From a virus, in the IMG/VR virus record IMGVR_UViG_3300032287_002972, positions 103,991 to 167,990 of that record: a stretch of 64,000 bases of DNA; one strand, given 5' to 3'. The notes under the pieces are model-generated. The model was not told where the DNA came from, searched no databases, and saw only the letters and a program-made list of their open reading frames with translations. The translations under genes were made by a program, and so were the position numbers. Shown piece by piece: positions 46,516-55,840 of this stretch; within the stretch, counting starts at the first letter, position 1, and each line of letters begins with the position of its first letter.

Positions 46516-46693
46516 TAGTCAGAATAGGGTTCGAACCTATACATACTATAGTATCAACCTGACGTATCCACGCCAGTTAAGGAATTGAACCTTAATATAG
46601 TATCCCACTTTGGGTAAATCGGATTTGCACCGAAGCGTCTACCAATCAGGAATATCAACTTTATCAGTGTTGCCCTTGTTCCGCCATCTGACT
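46516..46693 (-). ncRNA. tRNA-like RNA with a D-loop insertion and extra T-loop hairpins
   Basis: AGTCAGA/TCTGACT-A; GCGGAA..TTGGTAGACGC; ATAGGTTCGAACCCTAT. Confidence 0.7.
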
Positions 46694-46756
46694 GTATTAA
46701 GATTTCTAAAACCCATCTTTTACAAGGTAAGTAAACTCCATCTTATGTTTTTTGCG

Positions 46757-46858
46757 ATGTCAGAATGGGATTTGAACCCATACGAAGTATCTTAATTACA
46801 GGCTCTTTTCACGATACTACCAAGCCATGTGTGTGTCTACCAATTCCACCATCTGACA
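46757..46858 (-). ncRNA. tRNA-like RNA with an expanded centre
   Basis: TGTCAGA/TCTGACA; GTGGAATTGGTAGACAC; ATGGGTTCAAATCCCAT. Confidence 0.7.
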
Positions 46859-46864
46859 ATTTTG

Positions 46865-47203
46865 TCAGTTCGTAATTAAAAAGAACATTACCGCCGAAAG
46901 TAAATCCTGAAAAGACTTATAAGTTTCTCCATCAAAATTATATCTTTTCTTTTTTGGGTTATATAGTATTTCTCTTTCTTTTCCATTGAATGCCATAATT
47001 ACATTATCACATTCAGGAACCACAAAAGTTAACATATAACCAACACAAATAATAAAGTCTTTCTGTTTACTAACAATGACATATTCATCTTTTTTTTGGT
47101 CAGGAATAAACATTACCGTATTATTCACAACACAGTTAATTTGTTCTTGACCATAAGAAACGAAAGAACAAAATAAGATTAAAACTGAAAAAATTATTTT
47201 CAT
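46865..47203 (-). CDS. secreted hypothetical protein
   Basis: Signal peptide ending SYG-Q. Confidence 0.65.
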   Translation of the reverse strand: MKIIFSVLILFCSFVSYGQEQINCVVNNTVMFIPDQKKDEYVIVSKQKDFIICVGYMLTFVVPECDNVIMAFNGKEREILYNPKKKRYNFDGETYKSFQDLLSAVMFFLITN

Positions 47204-47379
47204 ACGTTTTTTTCTAATTGTGATTCTGAAAAGATATGTAACATCCCATTATCATCTAATTCAGCCACAACTCTAACATCACCATTTGTTGTCCTAAAAA
47301 CAGAAACAACAGTACCAGGGAATTTATAACCTTTCGGTTTATGTATCTTATCCCCTACTTCAAATTTTAATTTATTCAT
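47200..47379 (-). CDS. small SH3/KOW-like protein
   Basis: FEVGDKI.K..GY.F.GTVV; start MNKLK. Confidence 0.65.
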   Translation of the reverse strand: MNKLKFEVGDKIHKPKGYKFPGTVVSVFRTTNGDVRVVAELDDNGMLHIFSESQLEKNV

Positions 47380-47422
47380 ACTTTTGAAATTTTTTACTGT
47401 AAAATATTGATATAATTTTTTT

Positions 47423-47720
47423 AGGTTGTAGAAGTGAGAAGTTGAATAGACAAAATAAAAAATAATGTTAAAATTAAAGACCCAACTTACTTCAAAGACA
47501 AAAACAAAAACCAAGACTTTTTTTATCACATAATTATCGATATACGTAACCTATGTGATGTTTGAGTTCTATCTCAGTTTTATGTTTGTAAATTGGCGAT
47601 ATGGTTTTTACATTTTAGTAAATTGTCAAGGTAATATATTACCATTTTTTTATAAATTACTCCCCACCTCCACATAAAAGTTTTAATATTTAAACTCTTG
47701 TAAAAATATTAAACTAACCT
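47423..47720 (-). ncRNA. putative structured RNA downstream of the 306-aa gene
   Basis: 15-bp long-range stem with 4 G.U pairs (47659-47673 with 47428-47442). Confidence 0.5.
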
Positions 47721-47721
47721 A

Positions 47722-48642
47722 TTATTCTTCTTTAAGAAAACTTAAATATTGGTCAATGACTGGTTTAAATCTTGGGTCAACCGAAATTCTTAACGCTGAC
47801 ACCCTACCAATTTCATTTTGAATTTCAGCATTAAATTCCATATTAGCTTTCCTATAATCATTTTGCCATTCATTAATTAAATTAACATAATCTCTTGTTA
47901 ATTTTTTGTTCTCATCATTAATCTTACCTTGAGTGTTAGCATTTTCATTAGCAATTCGAGCATTTTCAATTGTAACCAAATTCTTCACCTTAGCTTTGAA
48001 ATAATTTACTCTTTGTTCATGCTCTCTATGAATAGAAGAAAACTCTTTATGTAAATCACCTAATTGGTCGATATTATGGTGTATCGAAACATTGAGAGGG
48101 GTTTTCTTATCTTTTTCTATTTCGATCCATTCTAATGTTTTTAACTTAGGTAGTTCATTTCTTAGTTTATCTAACTTCCCTCCTTTATGGATAAATTGTC
48201 CATAATGAGAAGCGTATGCCTCAGATTCTAAATATTCGTTATGTTCATCTACTGTAAGTTGTTCCCAACCCCAATCTTCGTCAACAGATTCTCTTTCAAT
48301 GAAATATTCTAAATTTGGTTCTTCAGGTTTAGGAACATTATAAACAAATTTTCTATTTTTTAATTCTTCAATTAAATTTGATTTTGCTTGGATATTCTCC
48401 ATAAGGAAAGCCTGAGTAGCATGTAACGTGGCCTTTTTATGGAGTAATTCCCCAATATTTTCAGGTATAGGAAATCCTTGTGTTTCTACATACACACCAG
48501 TTGGTAACGTCAATGTTTTTTCACAATTGTTGATAGTTTCAATTTTTGATTGAATATCTCTTGATTCCTGAAAACACAAGTTACTTATTGATTGTGCTTG
48601 AGATAAAGATAACCCTTTTGTAGATAGAGAATTTTTTTTCAT
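47722..48642 (-). CDS. conserved coiled-coil phage protein
   Basis: GLSLSQAQSISNL, EA.A.H.GQFIH; long helical segments. Confidence 0.75.
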   Translation of the reverse strand: MKKNSLSTKGLSLSQAQSISNLCFQESRDIQSKIETINNCEKTLTLPTGVYVETQGFPIPENIGELLHKKATLHATQAFLMENIQAKSNLIEELKNRKFVYNVPKPEEPNLEYFIERESVDEDWGWEQLTVDEHNEYLESEAYASHYGQFIHKGGKLDKLRNELPKLKTLEWIEIEKDKKTPLNVSIHHNIDQLGDLHKEFSSIHREHEQRVNYFKAKVKNLVTIENARIANENANTQGKINDENKKLTRDYVNLINEWQNDYRKANMEFNAEIQNEIGRVSALRISVDPRFKPVIDQYLSFLKEE

Positions 48643-48721
48643 AATTTATGTTTTTTTTACGTTACAAAGATAGTCATTATTTATTAATAAACCAAAAAAA
48701 ATATTAAAAAAAATTTATTTA

Positions 48722-49150
48722 TTATTCGTTATCCAATGTTTTTGTTGTGTGTGGTATATACCATCTAATACAATCTTGTGGTAATTTATTGATGTGTTTA
48801 TAATTATTTATATATCCCATCATATTTGACGCCCCAATAGGGTTAGCTGAATGGATAAATACTTTACACACCGGTTTTCCATTCATCCATTGTTCAACCA
48901 ACCATTTTGTACAATCCATTCCAGTTTTTTCTAAAATGTTTTCGTATTCTATTTTATATTCCTTATGGTTTTTTTTCCATTCTATAAGTGCCGTCTCACC
49001 TAAATCGTGATCTAATGAGATAACATCAATATTTTCTAATCCAATTTCATTTATTTTAGAAATGAAATCGTCATAATTTCTAACAACAACCCAATCCATA
49101 ACTTCATTAGGTGTTCTTATATCATCAAGATAAATATTCTTTTTTTCCAT
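48722..49150 (-). CDS. cyclic-phosphate-processing receiver domain protein
   Basis: YLDDIR.P, ISLDHDLG, TG.D, HSANP.G. Confidence 0.8.
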   Translation of the reverse strand: MEKKNIYLDDIRTPNEVMDWVVVRNYDDFISKINEIGLENIDVISLDHDLGETALIEWKKNHKEYKIEYENILEKTGMDCTKWLVEQWMNGKPVCKVFIHSANPIGASNMMGYINNYKHINKLPQDCIRWYIPHTTKTLDNE

Positions 49151-49177
49151 TTGTTTTATTTTTAAATATTTAAAAAA

Positions 49178-49447
49178 TTAATTACCCATACCCATCAATA
49201 TATGAGGAGCATATACTGTAGGTTTCAATAATACATTATAGTATTTACATGCTTGTCCAATTCCATTACCTGAAAAATCAACAAAAACATATTTTTCATT
49301 AAATGATGTGATTTTACCATATTCGTATGGAACGTATAAATTACGCCACTCATCCTTATACATAACTTCTTTCCCTATAAATGTTTCATCAATACTTTCG
49401 GGAAAGATTCTTTTTGGTGTTAATCCTTCATAATCAAAATTATTCAT
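49178..49447 (-). CDS. hypothetical protein
   Basis: ORF. Confidence 0.65.
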   Translation of the reverse strand: MNNFDYEGLTPKRIFPESIDETFIGKEVMYKDEWRNLYVPYEYGKITSFNEKYVFVDFSGNGIGQACKYYNVLLKPTVYAPHILMGMGN

Positions 49448-49458
49448 ACTTAATTTAT

Positions 49459-49929
49459 TTAAAAAGGTAAATCATGAAGAGAATTATAAATCTCATCTAA
49501 ATCATCCCGATGTTTTTTATTTTTTTTACTATATGTTTTTTTAGCAATAATTGCATAATTCACATTCTGTATTTTTATTTTTCTATTTAAAAAAGTAAAA
49601 TTAGAATGTTCTAATTCTTCATCACCAACTTTAAAACAACACACTTTAACATCATTAATCTTCGCACCGACTCTTTGAATTTCTTTACCATTCATATCCG
49701 TAACGGTATCTGATGTCATTTCATCTAAAGCACCAATAGATAAAAACTCTTTAAAATTTTCGTTCATCGAGAGAAATATATCAACATCGTTTATTTTTCT
49801 TGATATTAATCCGACTGCATTTAACGCAATTGAACCACCAAATACAACATGTGGTACTTTTTCTAATATCCTATCAATAGATTCAATTAACTCTTCTGAC
49901 AAGATATATTTGTTTTCTAAGTTATTCAT
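49459..49929 (-). CDS. Pol-beta-fold nucleotidyltransferase
   Basis: FGGSIAL...R...DVDI; C-terminal KH..DL. Confidence 0.7.
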   Translation of the reverse strand: MNNLENKYILSEELIESIDRILEKVPHVVFGGSIALNAVGLISRKINDVDIFLSMNENFKEFLSIGALDEMTSDTVTDMNGKEIQRVGAKINDVKVCCFKVGDEELEHSNFTFLNRKIKIQNVNYAIIAKKTYSKKNKKHRDDLDEIYNSLHDLPF

Positions 49930-49954
49930 AATGTTTTTTTTTGTTGTTTAGTAA

Positions 49955-50227
49955 TTAAAATCTATCTGCTATTTTTCTGATGATTTCTTGTTCTTCATCA
50001 GTGAGTTTCCATCCATTATTATGTAATTTTTTTAATACAAAATTAAATTCGTCATCCCTGTCATCATCTTGAATCATTTTTTTACCTTTTAATTGCTCTA
50101 AAATGGATTCATCTTTTTTTAATAAATCAATAAAGTATTCCATTTTTTTAGGTCTACTTTTTAATTCATCCAAAAACTCTTCAAAATCTATCTCCGCTTC
50201 GGCTTCGACCGTCATGCTTATATACAT
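49955..50227 (-). CDS. hypothetical protein
   Basis: ORF. Confidence 0.65.
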   Translation of the reverse strand: MYISMTVEAEAEIDFEEFLDELKSRPKKMEYFIDLLKKDESILEQLKGKKMIQDDDRDDEFNFVLKKLHNNGWKLTDEEQEIIRKIADRF

Positions 50228-50237
50228 AATTTTACTT

Positions 50238-51317
50238 TTAGTTTGATAAAGGAATGTTTATTTTACTATGTGATTGATATCCTTCGATAAAGAAATCTTT
50301 TACTGAACAACTATTCAAAAATTCATCAATACCCTCATTTAAATTAATTTTATCGGACATAATTAATTTTGGTAACGGAAATGAATCTCTTGTTAGTTGT
50401 TCCTTAACTCCATCAATTTGATTAGAATATATATGACAATCACCCAAATTACCAATCAATTCATCCGGAACCATATTAACCATTTTAGCAATTATTTCTA
50501 ATAATAAACCATAAGATGCAACATTAAAAGGAGTACCCAATGGTACATCTTGACTTCGGGCATTGAACATTAAAGAGATTGATCTGGTCGGTATATTTGA
50601 GTCATCCAAATCTTTAAAGGTAATCTTTTCTAAAAATCTTTCAACTTTTTTACCTTGCATAAATAAAAGAATTCTCTCATATAAACTTAATTCTCTTGTA
50701 TAAACTTGAAATCCATAATGACAAGGTGGTAGAACCATATTGTCTAACTCACCTACATTCCAAGCGTTAACAATTAATCGTCTTGAATCAGGGTTTGTTC
50801 TAAGGTCGTTGATGAGGTTTTGTATTTGGTCTATAAGTTCTATATTTTCAATCTTAAATGGAGGTATTAATCTTTCATCCCAAACCTCGTCAACTTTTTT
50901 CCATCTTCTCCATTGCTTACCATATATTCTACCCAAGTCTCCCCATACTTCAGCAAATCCATTGTCGGTTTTGATTTTATTAATAAATTCATCCTGAGTG
51001 AGGACATCTATTCCCTGATTAATTTGGAAATTGTGTCTTAGTTTATATAATTTGTACGCATCTCCATTCCAAATGTGACAATCATTATCAAGAAGATACT
51101 TAATATTAGTGTCCCCTTTTAAAAACCATAAAAGTTCAACAAGAATACCTTTAAAGTACATTTTTTTAGTGGTGAGAAGTGGAAATCCTTCACTCATTTT
51201 ATGTCGGATTTGTTTACCAAATAAACTTATAACTTCACCATTACGTGTTTTTTTCTTTGTACCATTCTCTAAAATGTCTTTTAAAAGATTTTGGTAATCT
51301 AAATCTAATTTATTCAT
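50238..51317 (-). CDS. thyA: thymidylate synthase
   Basis: FPLLTTK, YGKQWR, DSRR, LPPCH, RSQD..LG.PFN, DCHIYSNQ. Confidence 0.97.
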   Translation of the reverse strand: MNKLDLDYQNLLKDILENGTKKKTRNGEVISLFGKQIRHKMSEGFPLLTTKKMYFKGILVELLWFLKGDTNIKYLLDNDCHIWNGDAYKLYKLRHNFQINQGIDVLTQDEFINKIKTDNGFAEVWGDLGRIYGKQWRRWKKVDEVWDERLIPPFKIENIELIDQIQNLINDLRTNPDSRRLIVNAWNVGELDNMVLPPCHYGFQVYTRELSLYERILLFMQGKKVERFLEKITFKDLDDSNIPTRSISLMFNARSQDVPLGTPFNVASYGLLLEIIAKMVNMVPDELIGNLGDCHIYSNQIDGVKEQLTRDSFPLPKLIMSDKINLNEGIDEFLNSCSVKDFFIEGYQSHSKINIPLSN

Positions 51318-51328
51318 CTTTTGTTATT

Positions 51329-52465
51329 TTAATGTGAATCTCCTACATTGTGTTTCTCACTATATATCAAATAGTCAGGATTAATTACTTTAGCAACTTT
51401 TTGTCTGCTTCCAACAACCGTTTTTATCACAACACCTTCATGTGGTACTTTGGTGTTATTTATAAAATTATTAAGTACAAATTTATTTTTCATTTCCTCT
51501 AAATAAAGTCCTTTGTACAATACTTCAACGTAAGGTAGATTTAAACAATCCTCAACAACATATTTACATGCAGTTAAATTTAAATACTTTTTATCTATTT
51601 CGATGTCGAAAATACAAATCTGTATATCATCCAATCCGTACTCATAATTTTTCTGTATTCCTTTCCCGTAGATTTCACCATAGATTATAACCCCACTACC
51701 TATGTTGTCTATATCACCATTCGGTATATTATTTTTAACAAAATACCATAATTTATTCTTAATATCATATTTTTTTTCAATATCGTACCAAACATTAGTA
51801 TCATAGAAACCCTGTGTATCAGAACCCTTTTCTACGTTATGAGAACCTACAACAAATTCATACTCGTCCCAACCTAAATTAAAACCAAAGAACCTTTTAA
51901 TTTTATTCCATAGTGATAATTTACTTTTCTTAACGATTCCGTATCTTGCGTTCGTTCCATGAATTTTTCTGGTGATTTCCACATAATCATTTTCATCAAA
52001 CATGTTCGGAACATTTTTGATGTTAGGGAATTTATAATAAATTAAAAAATTAGGATTCTCATGGTATCTCCTTCTTTTTCCGTTAGATAACCTAACCATT
52101 TTAACTTGAGGTTCGTACTTAAATATTTTAAGCACATCCATTAAATCTTCCCCATCTTTTCTTTTATTCTGTGGAATTAAATCAATTGGCATTAATAAAC
52201 ATTCGCTATAAACACCCCTTAACTTAACCGTCCTAACCCTTTCTTTATTTCTTAGATAATTGGTAACACCCAATTTTTCAGAAATTTCAATAGGGATAAT
52301 AGCGTCAGTAGTTGCACAAATAACCATGTCACCAATAACAAAAGAACCTTTTTTTACAACACAATTCCATCCGTTTACGATGACTAATTCTATGTTGTCA
52401 GAATCAATTATCGGTTTTGTATCATTTACGATAGATACAAAACAAACACTGTTTTCATTTTTCAT
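51329..52465 (-). CDS. RNA ligase (Rnl2/DRB0094 family, N-terminal OB domain)
   Basis: KIHGTN, YGEIYG, FDI, EGVV, KVINPDYL. Confidence 0.88.
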   Translation of the reverse strand: MKNENSVCFVSIVNDTKPIIDSDNIELVIVNGWNCVVKKGSFVIGDMVICATTDAIIPIEISEKLGVTNYLRNKERVRTVKLRGVYSECLLMPIDLIPQNKRKDGEDLMDVLKIFKYEPQVKMVRLSNGKRRRYHENPNFLIYYKFPNIKNVPNMFDENDYVEITRKIHGTNARYGIVKKSKLSLWNKIKRFFGFNLGWDEYEFVVGSHNVEKGSDTQGFYDTNVWYDIEKKYDIKNKLWYFVKNNIPNGDIDNIGSGVIIYGEIYGKGIQKNYEYGLDDIQICIFDIEIDKKYLNLTACKYVVEDCLNLPYVEVLYKGLYLEEMKNKFVLNNFINNTKVPHEGVVIKTVVGSRQKVAKVINPDYLIYSEKHNVGDSH

Positions 52466-53156
52466 AAGTTAATAAATTTTTATTGTCAAAGATACGATTT
52501 TTTGAGATATTAAAATACTTTTCGTCATTTTCTATACCAAAAAATTTTCTACCATATTTCATACATGCAATTGCAGTTGTTCCACTACCTAAAAATGGGT
52601 CAATTATAATATATTCTTCTGGTAATATACCAATAATGTTTTCCATTATTTGTAATGGCATTTGACACGGGTGTTCTGTTTTTTCTTTACTCACGTTTTT
52701 AACTTGATTCACATTCCACCAATCGTACAACTTAGCCATCTTCCCCTCTTCAATCCGTTTCATTATTCTCTTATCTTTTAGATTTTTATATTCTTGACCC
52801 ACTTTTTTAAAATCAGGTTTAACACCAAAAAACGCTATTTGTCTATGTTGTCTTGCGGTGTTCGAATTATAAACCCATGGAACTATCTTTTGTGGTATCT
52901 CATTAATTTTAAAAGCGTATTTAAATAAATTTTCAGCATAGTGAATTATAACCTGTTTATTGTTCCCAAATATGGTATATAACCAATCATAGTATTCAGT
53001 TTCCTTCATATTATCACTATATGTTTCATAATGATAACCAATGTTGAACGGAGGGTCACTAACAAAAATACATTTCGAATAATCTAAATTTAGATTATTT
53101 AAAACTTCTAAATTATCCCCGTGATAAATTTTTATATTACCAATACTATATTCCAT
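52455..53156 (-). CDS. DNA N6-A/N4-C methyltransferase (beta class)
   Basis: DPPF before DPFLGSGTT; HP.QMP. Confidence 0.9.
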   Translation of the reverse strand: MEYSIGNIKIYHGDNLEVLNNLNLDYSKCIFVSDPPFNIGYHYETYSDNMKETEYYDWLYTIFGNNKQVIIHYAENLFKYAFKINEIPQKIVPWVYNSNTARQHRQIAFFGVKPDFKKVGQEYKNLKDKRIMKRIEEGKMAKLYDWWNVNQVKNVSKEKTEHPCQMPLQIMENIIGILPEEYIIIDPFLGSGTTAIACMKYGRKFFGIENDEKYFNISKNRIFDNKNLLTYEK

Positions 53157-53292
53157 AAAATAATATTTTTTAAAAAAGGTGCTCGTACTTTCCGAGCCGT
53201 CATATTCATCCGCTAACGCAATCTATTGTAAAGAAATGTTCAAAAGAACCAATAAACCCTGCGGTCTGCAAATAATTCTTTAAACCGTTGGT

Positions 53293-53640
53293 TTATTTAT
53301 TTTTCTTAATGTCTTCTAATTTCTTTAGAAAAATCTCTTCCTTATTATTAAACATCTTTTTTTTCTGAATAAATTGTTTTGTATCTATAAGAACATCATC
53401 ATAATTTGATACCCCACTATGTGTTACCCCAATATGTGTTAGACCACTATAATTAAAATAATTAGTTGGTGGTATAAAATATGGTGTATTTATTTCATTC
53501 ATAGTTACTGCAGTAATTTGACATGTTGATGTGTAAGTTGGTGGTAAGTTTGGATAAACAACACCTAATTCATTTGTGTTATTTGATTTCCTTGAAAATA
53601 TTTCTCTAATATGTTTAATCATTTTTGATAACTTTTTCAT
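53293..53640 (-). CDS. hypothetical protein
   Basis: ORF. Confidence 0.55.
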   Translation of the reverse strand: MKKLSKMIKHIREIFSRKSNNTNELGVVYPNLPPTYTSTCQITAVTMNEINTPYFIPPTNYFNYSGLTHIGVTHSGVSNYDDVLIDTKQFIQKKKMFNNKEEIFLKKLEDIKKNK

Positions 53641-54365
53641 ATATTTGTTTTTATTGGGATATGTTTTTGTTTGTTAACATCAGATGTGGATTCAAACTTT
53701 TTAATTTCACGTATAATTATATCGTACATTTCATTAGTAAACGGTAAATCATATGCATTTGTTTTATTATCGTTTGATAACCATCCTAAAACTTCTTTTG
53801 TTCGTTTTTCAATCGAAATTGCCCATTTTTTATTTTCTTTTTTATTGATCACATAAATTAATTTAAAAGATGGATAATATCTATCCCAATGTACTTTTTG
53901 TGTGGAACACCATTTTGTGTTATAACCATAAACTTTAGATGCTTCAAATGTGAGTGGAATTAATATTAACCAAAATTCAGTATCATATAATTTTACCACA
54001 TCTTTTTCAACCTGTTTAATCTGCACTTGGTGGTCGGCCTTTTCAACCGATTCGATAATATCATTAAAATTCCTATATAAACCAATATCAGTTTTATCTA
54101 TTCGATTATTTCTGATATGATTTTCAAATTCAATCAACTGAATTAAGTTTTCTGCACCAAATAAATATAACCCTATCTTTTTGTAAAAAGATTCATAATC
54201 GTTTTTTAAAATGAATTCATCTTTTAAAACCTTTAAAAGAAGGTCCATATACTTATATGTGTTTGTGGGTTCACAAGCTGCAATAATATCGATAAGGGAA
54301 ACATCTAATTTAGGATTTTGTTTTTTTAGTTTTTCCAGTCTGTTCATAAAAGAAATTAAATCCAT
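53637..54365 (-). CDS. conserved phage protein (PLT.EAS..YG..TKWC)
   Basis: motif. Confidence 0.7.
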   Translation of the reverse strand: MDLISFMNRLEKLKKQNPKLDVSLIDIIAACEPTNTYKYMDLLLKVLKDEFILKNDYESFYKKIGLYLFGAENLIQLIEFENHIRNNRIDKTDIGLYRNFNDIIESVEKADHQVQIKQVEKDVVKLYDTEFWLILIPLTFEASKVYGYNTKWCSTQKVHWDRYYPSFKLIYVINKKENKKWAISIEKRTKEVLGWLSNDNKTNAYDLPFTNEMYDIIIREIKKFESTSDVNKQKHIPIKTNI

Positions 54366-54411
54366 TTAAATAATCCACAAATATAAAACATATTTTCGAA
54401 TAAACAAAATA

Positions 54412-55149
54412 TTAATCCCAATATCCAATATCTTTTTTAAAAAAATCTTTATTATTCCTATTAATAAAGTTTATTATAACTAGTTTAATCATATTAAAAT
54501 AACCCATTTTTTTAAATCTTCTATCGTCTTGACCAACATAGTGATTAAATAATATAAATTTTTGTGGACTATATTGTTTACTTAAACAAAAATCTTCTGA
54601 GTTTTTAATTGTTTCATCAAAACCCCCTAAAGAATTGAAAACGTTTCTATCTGTTAAAAAAAACGTACCTATCGCAAATGGGGTTTTTAAACTCAAAAAT
54701 CTATTAATTAAATTAAATAATTTAAATACTATAACAGTTTTTATTGATCCGTTATCAGACTTCACCTTACAAGTTAAAAGTTCACATTTTTTATTAATAA
54801 TTTCATTCAGTGCATATTGAATTGTGTTTTTATCATATAAAACACTATCACCATCTATGAATAAAACATATTTTGTTGTTGATATTTTAACTCCATTATT
54901 TCTTCCAACACTAACAGAACCTCCGTTAATTATTTCTATATCTATTTTTTCTGAATAAACTTTGGAGAGTAATTTTACCTTTTGTCTTGTTTTATCTGTA
55001 CTATGGTTATCGGATACGATAACTCTAGTACCATTGATACCATTTTGATTATAAATGGAACTAAGTGTATTTGTGATATATTTTTCTTCATTAAATGTCG
55101 GAATAATTATTGTTAAATTTTTACTTATAATGTATTTTGAATTCTCCAT
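54412..55149 (-). CDS. family 2 glycosyltransferase
   Basis: IIIPTFNEE, DNHSTD, GRN.G, FIDGD, GGFDE, EDF. Confidence 0.9.
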   Translation of the reverse strand: MENSKYIISKNLTIIIPTFNEEKYITNTLSSIYNQNGINGTRVIVSDNHSTDKTRQKVKLLSKVYSEKIDIEIINGGSVSVGRNNGVKISTTKYVLFIDGDSVLYDKNTIQYALNEIINKKCELLTCKVKSDNGSIKTVIVFKLFNLINRFLSLKTPFAIGTFFLTDRNVFNSLGGFDETIKNSEDFCLSKQYSPQKFILFNHYVGQDDRRFKKMGYFNMIKLVIINFINRNNKDFFKKDIGYWD

Positions 55150-55813
55150 CTTGGTATATTATATATGAATTATTTTCAACCCAATCTCCACAATTCAAAT
55201 AGTTAACATCATCTATCATTTTATTTTCGGGGTGATGAATGTGTCCACAAATAACAACATCACAATTCCTTTTTTTTGCCTGATGAACTAATTGTTTTTC
55301 AAAAGAAGTCATAAACTTTATCGCTTCTTTTACTTTATTTTTTAAAAATTTAGATAGTGATCTTTTTAACCCTAGTTTTTTTAGTTTTCTATCTATATAT
55401 ATCGCAAAGTCATAACCAATAGAACCTAATACACCTAACCATTTTAATTTAACCACACCATCATAAAGGTCACCATGTGTTATGAATATATTTTTATAAA
55501 CAAATTCATCATGTATCTCTATATTACCTAAATTAACATCTAAAAATTGTCTTAAAAATTCATCATGATTTCCTGTAATATATATAACTTTAACACCATT
55601 CTTAGAGTATGAAAGAATTTTTCTAACAACATTAGTATATGTTTGTTGCCAATAAAATCTTTTTTTTAATAACCAACCATCTATAATATCACCAACCAAG
55701 AATAAATACTCTGGTTGGTGGTCTTTTAAAACTTCTATTAATTTTTCAGCACCAATACCTCTGGCACCTAAATGTACATCTGAAATAAATAACGCTTCTA
55801 CCTTAATTCCCAT
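55121..55813 (-). CDS. LpxH-like UDP-2,3-diacylglucosamine hydrolase / metallophosphoesterase
   Basis: SDVHLG, GDIIDGW, GNHD, HGD, GHIH, NCGDWVE. Confidence 0.8.
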   Translation of the reverse strand: MGIKVEALFISDVHLGARGIGAEKLIEVLKDHQPEYLFLVGDIIDGWLLKKRFYWQQTYTNVVRKILSYSKNGVKVIYITGNHDEFLRQFLDVNLGNIEIHDEFVYKNIFITHGDLYDGVVKLKWLGVLGSIGYDFAIYIDRKLKKLGLKRSLSKFLKNKVKEAIKFMTSFEKQLVHQAKKRNCDVVICGHIHHPENKMIDDVNYLNCGDWVENNSYIIYQDGEFKIHYK

Positions 55814-55840
55814 TCACATAAATATATGAAAAGGTATTAT

